NCBI RefSeq assembly: GCF_000737315.1
Contig: NZ_JMCB01000014.1
Location: 62,001-126,000 of the forward strand
Source: Hyalangium minutum
GTDB lineage: Bacteria > Myxococcota > Myxococcia > Myxococcales > Myxococcaceae
Length of the DNA: 64,000 bases
Direction: 5' to 3'
In this document: positions 62,851-64,000 of the stretch, piece by piece
Position numbering within the stretch: position 1 is the first letter of the stretch
Layout of the letters: every line of letters begins with the position of its first letter
Made by a program: the position numbers and the translations under genes
The notes under the pieces: model-generated
Told to the model about the DNA's origin: nothing
The model's input: the letters and a program-made list of their open reading frames with translations, nothing else
The model's database searches: none

Positions 62851-63462
62851 ATGCGCTGGCCGAAGAAGTCCGCGATGGCCATTCCCGCATGTGCACTGCT
62901 CCCAGCACTCCTCATGGGACTTGCCTCTGCCTGCGCGGCCAGCAGGCCGCCGAAGTTCTGGCGTGATGCTCAGAACCGGCTCGTCGTGGAGGGCCCACTC
63001 CTCGGCCCCATCGACACTTTGGAGGCCCTTGGGCTTCAACTCTGCGGCGCGCTGCACGAGCGACCCGGAGTCGCTGCAGGTAACCGGCGTGGAGGCCAGG
63101 AGTATTGCGGCGTCATCTATCAACACCCGGGGGATGAGCGCTTCTACGCGAGCCACCCCTCGACGTTGGGGCCACCCCTGGAGGCTCCAGGTGGACGGAA
63201 GCAGTGCTACGTTCCGGATGCGGTGAGCGATCCCAGCGCCCCGGACTCGCGCATCTACGCGGACTACCACAGCCACCCTTCCATCACCCGCTTCTCCCCC
63301 GAAGATCTCCAGGCCCGGCGGCAGCGCTTCTACTTCCGCGTGATGTTCAACCCCATCTGCGAAGTGTATGTGTACGACTTTCAAGCCCGGACAGTGCTTC
63401 AACTGACGGACGGGAAGCTCGTCCCCATCAAGTACGTGACGGATGACCTGCGGGGCGAATGA
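62851..63462 (+). CDS. Lipoprotein with JAB/MPN-like (DUF4329-type) metal-binding motif
   Basis: Lipobox LASAC; EYCGVIY ... YHSHP ... FSPED. Confidence 0.7.
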   Translation: MRWPKKSAMAIPACALLPALLMGLASACAASRPPKFWRDAQNRLVVEGPLLGPIDTLEALGLQLCGALHERPGVAAGNRRGGQEYCGVIYQHPGDERFYASHPSTLGPPLEAPGGRKQCYVPDAVSDPSAPDSRIYADYHSHPSITRFSPEDLQARRQRFYFRVMFNPICEVYVYDFQARTVLQLTDGKLVPIKYVTDDLRGE

Positions 63463-63491
63463 TGCGGCTTGCGGCTCGTGAAGGTGACTGG

Positions 63492-63896
63492 ATGAAGAAC
63501 TTCTCTCTTGGAGTGCTCCTCCTCGCGTGCACGGGCTGCTTCCATCTCCATCGGAAGCCGGTGATTGCTCCAGAGGAGGTCGCCGCCCAGATCCAGTTTC
63601 CCGAGTGGAGCCAGGATGCGACGACGACCCTCACGGGCTCCCAGCTCAAAGCGCTCCAAATTGCACTGGACGACTTCCGGCCCATCGGCACAGCGCCATC
63701 CACGACCGGGGACGCGTACACGAACTGCCTGTTGAAGCTCGAGACCTACGATGCGTGGGTTCGCCGTGGCGAGGGAATGACCTTCATCCACTTCACTCCC
63801 AAGGAGGACGAGAGGTGCGGGCTCCAGCCCACCCTCATGGATGCCGGTGCGAGCTATGCCGTCAGCGACGACGGCGTCATCCTCAAGCGCGAATGA
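63492..63896 (+). CDS. Small myxobacterial lipoprotein, partner of the JAB-motif gene
   Basis: RBS GAAGG; lipobox CTGC; in-frame ATG at 63459 overlaps the upstream stop (ATGA); ALDDFRP...C...C...DAGASYAVSDDGVILKRE. Confidence 0.8.
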   Translation: MKNFSLGVLLLACTGCFHLHRKPVIAPEEVAAQIQFPEWSQDATTTLTGSQLKALQIALDDFRPIGTAPSTTGDAYTNCLLKLETYDAWVRRGEGMTFIHFTPKEDERCGLQPTLMDAGASYAVSDDGVILKRE

Positions 63897-63920
63897 CCGG
63901 GAAGAGCTCCCAGCTTCGGG

Positions 63921-64000
63921 CTACTCCACCCGGTAGCTCTGCACGGCGCTGCTGAGCTGCTCGGAGATGATCTGCAGCGTGGTGGCGGCCTCGCCCGCCG
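63921..64000 (-). CDS. C-terminal fragment of a probable methyl-accepting chemotaxis protein (rest outside window)
   Basis: Hand translation ...AGEAATTLQIISEQLSSAVQSYRVE-TAG. Confidence 0.6.
   Translation of the reverse strand, partial: AGEAATTLQIISEQLSSAVQSYRVE

Overview
High-GC myxobacterial chromosome segment (Myxococcales, probably a Cystobacter/Hyalangium/Stigmatella-like lineage, judged from clpSA, DUF2378, PilZ/J-like and MYXO-CTERM-type genes). No rRNA, tRNA, CRISPR array or intact mobile element was recognised. The left part holds a fused adhesin/MYXO-CTERM/beta-barrel gene that the ORF track misses, and a six-gene minus-strand operon. That operon has two tandemly duplicated ~1625-aa MnxG-like multicopper oxidase lipoproteins, a beta-propeller, two Sco copper chaperones and a cytochrome c/periplasmic-binding fusion, making it a candidate Mn(II)-oxidation system. 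Next come a beta-helix lipoprotein, a three-gene DyP peroxidase cassette, an unusual tetrad-periodic helical repeat protein, a lower-GC patch with a trypsin/pseudo-trypsin pair, and a signalling module with degenerate catalytic motifs. The 35-47 kb region encodes lytic or secreted proteins: an alpha-lytic-type protease, a GH30 glucanase, an M4 protease, a harpin-like HExxH protein and two paralogous six-cysteine defensin-like lipopeptides. Three of these genes have canonical sigma-54 -24/-12 promoters next to a recurring palindrome GGTGAY-N4-RTCACC, which also occurs at the oxidase/beta-helix divergent promoter; this suggests an undescribed enhancer-controlled regulon. The right part holds a Tat-exported PaoABC-like molybdoenzyme with a small 4-Cys partner, nfu/methyltransferase, a FemAB-like gene upstream of clpS-clpA, and a JAB-motif lipoprotein pair. 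All family assignments come from motif recognition by eye, not database searches.
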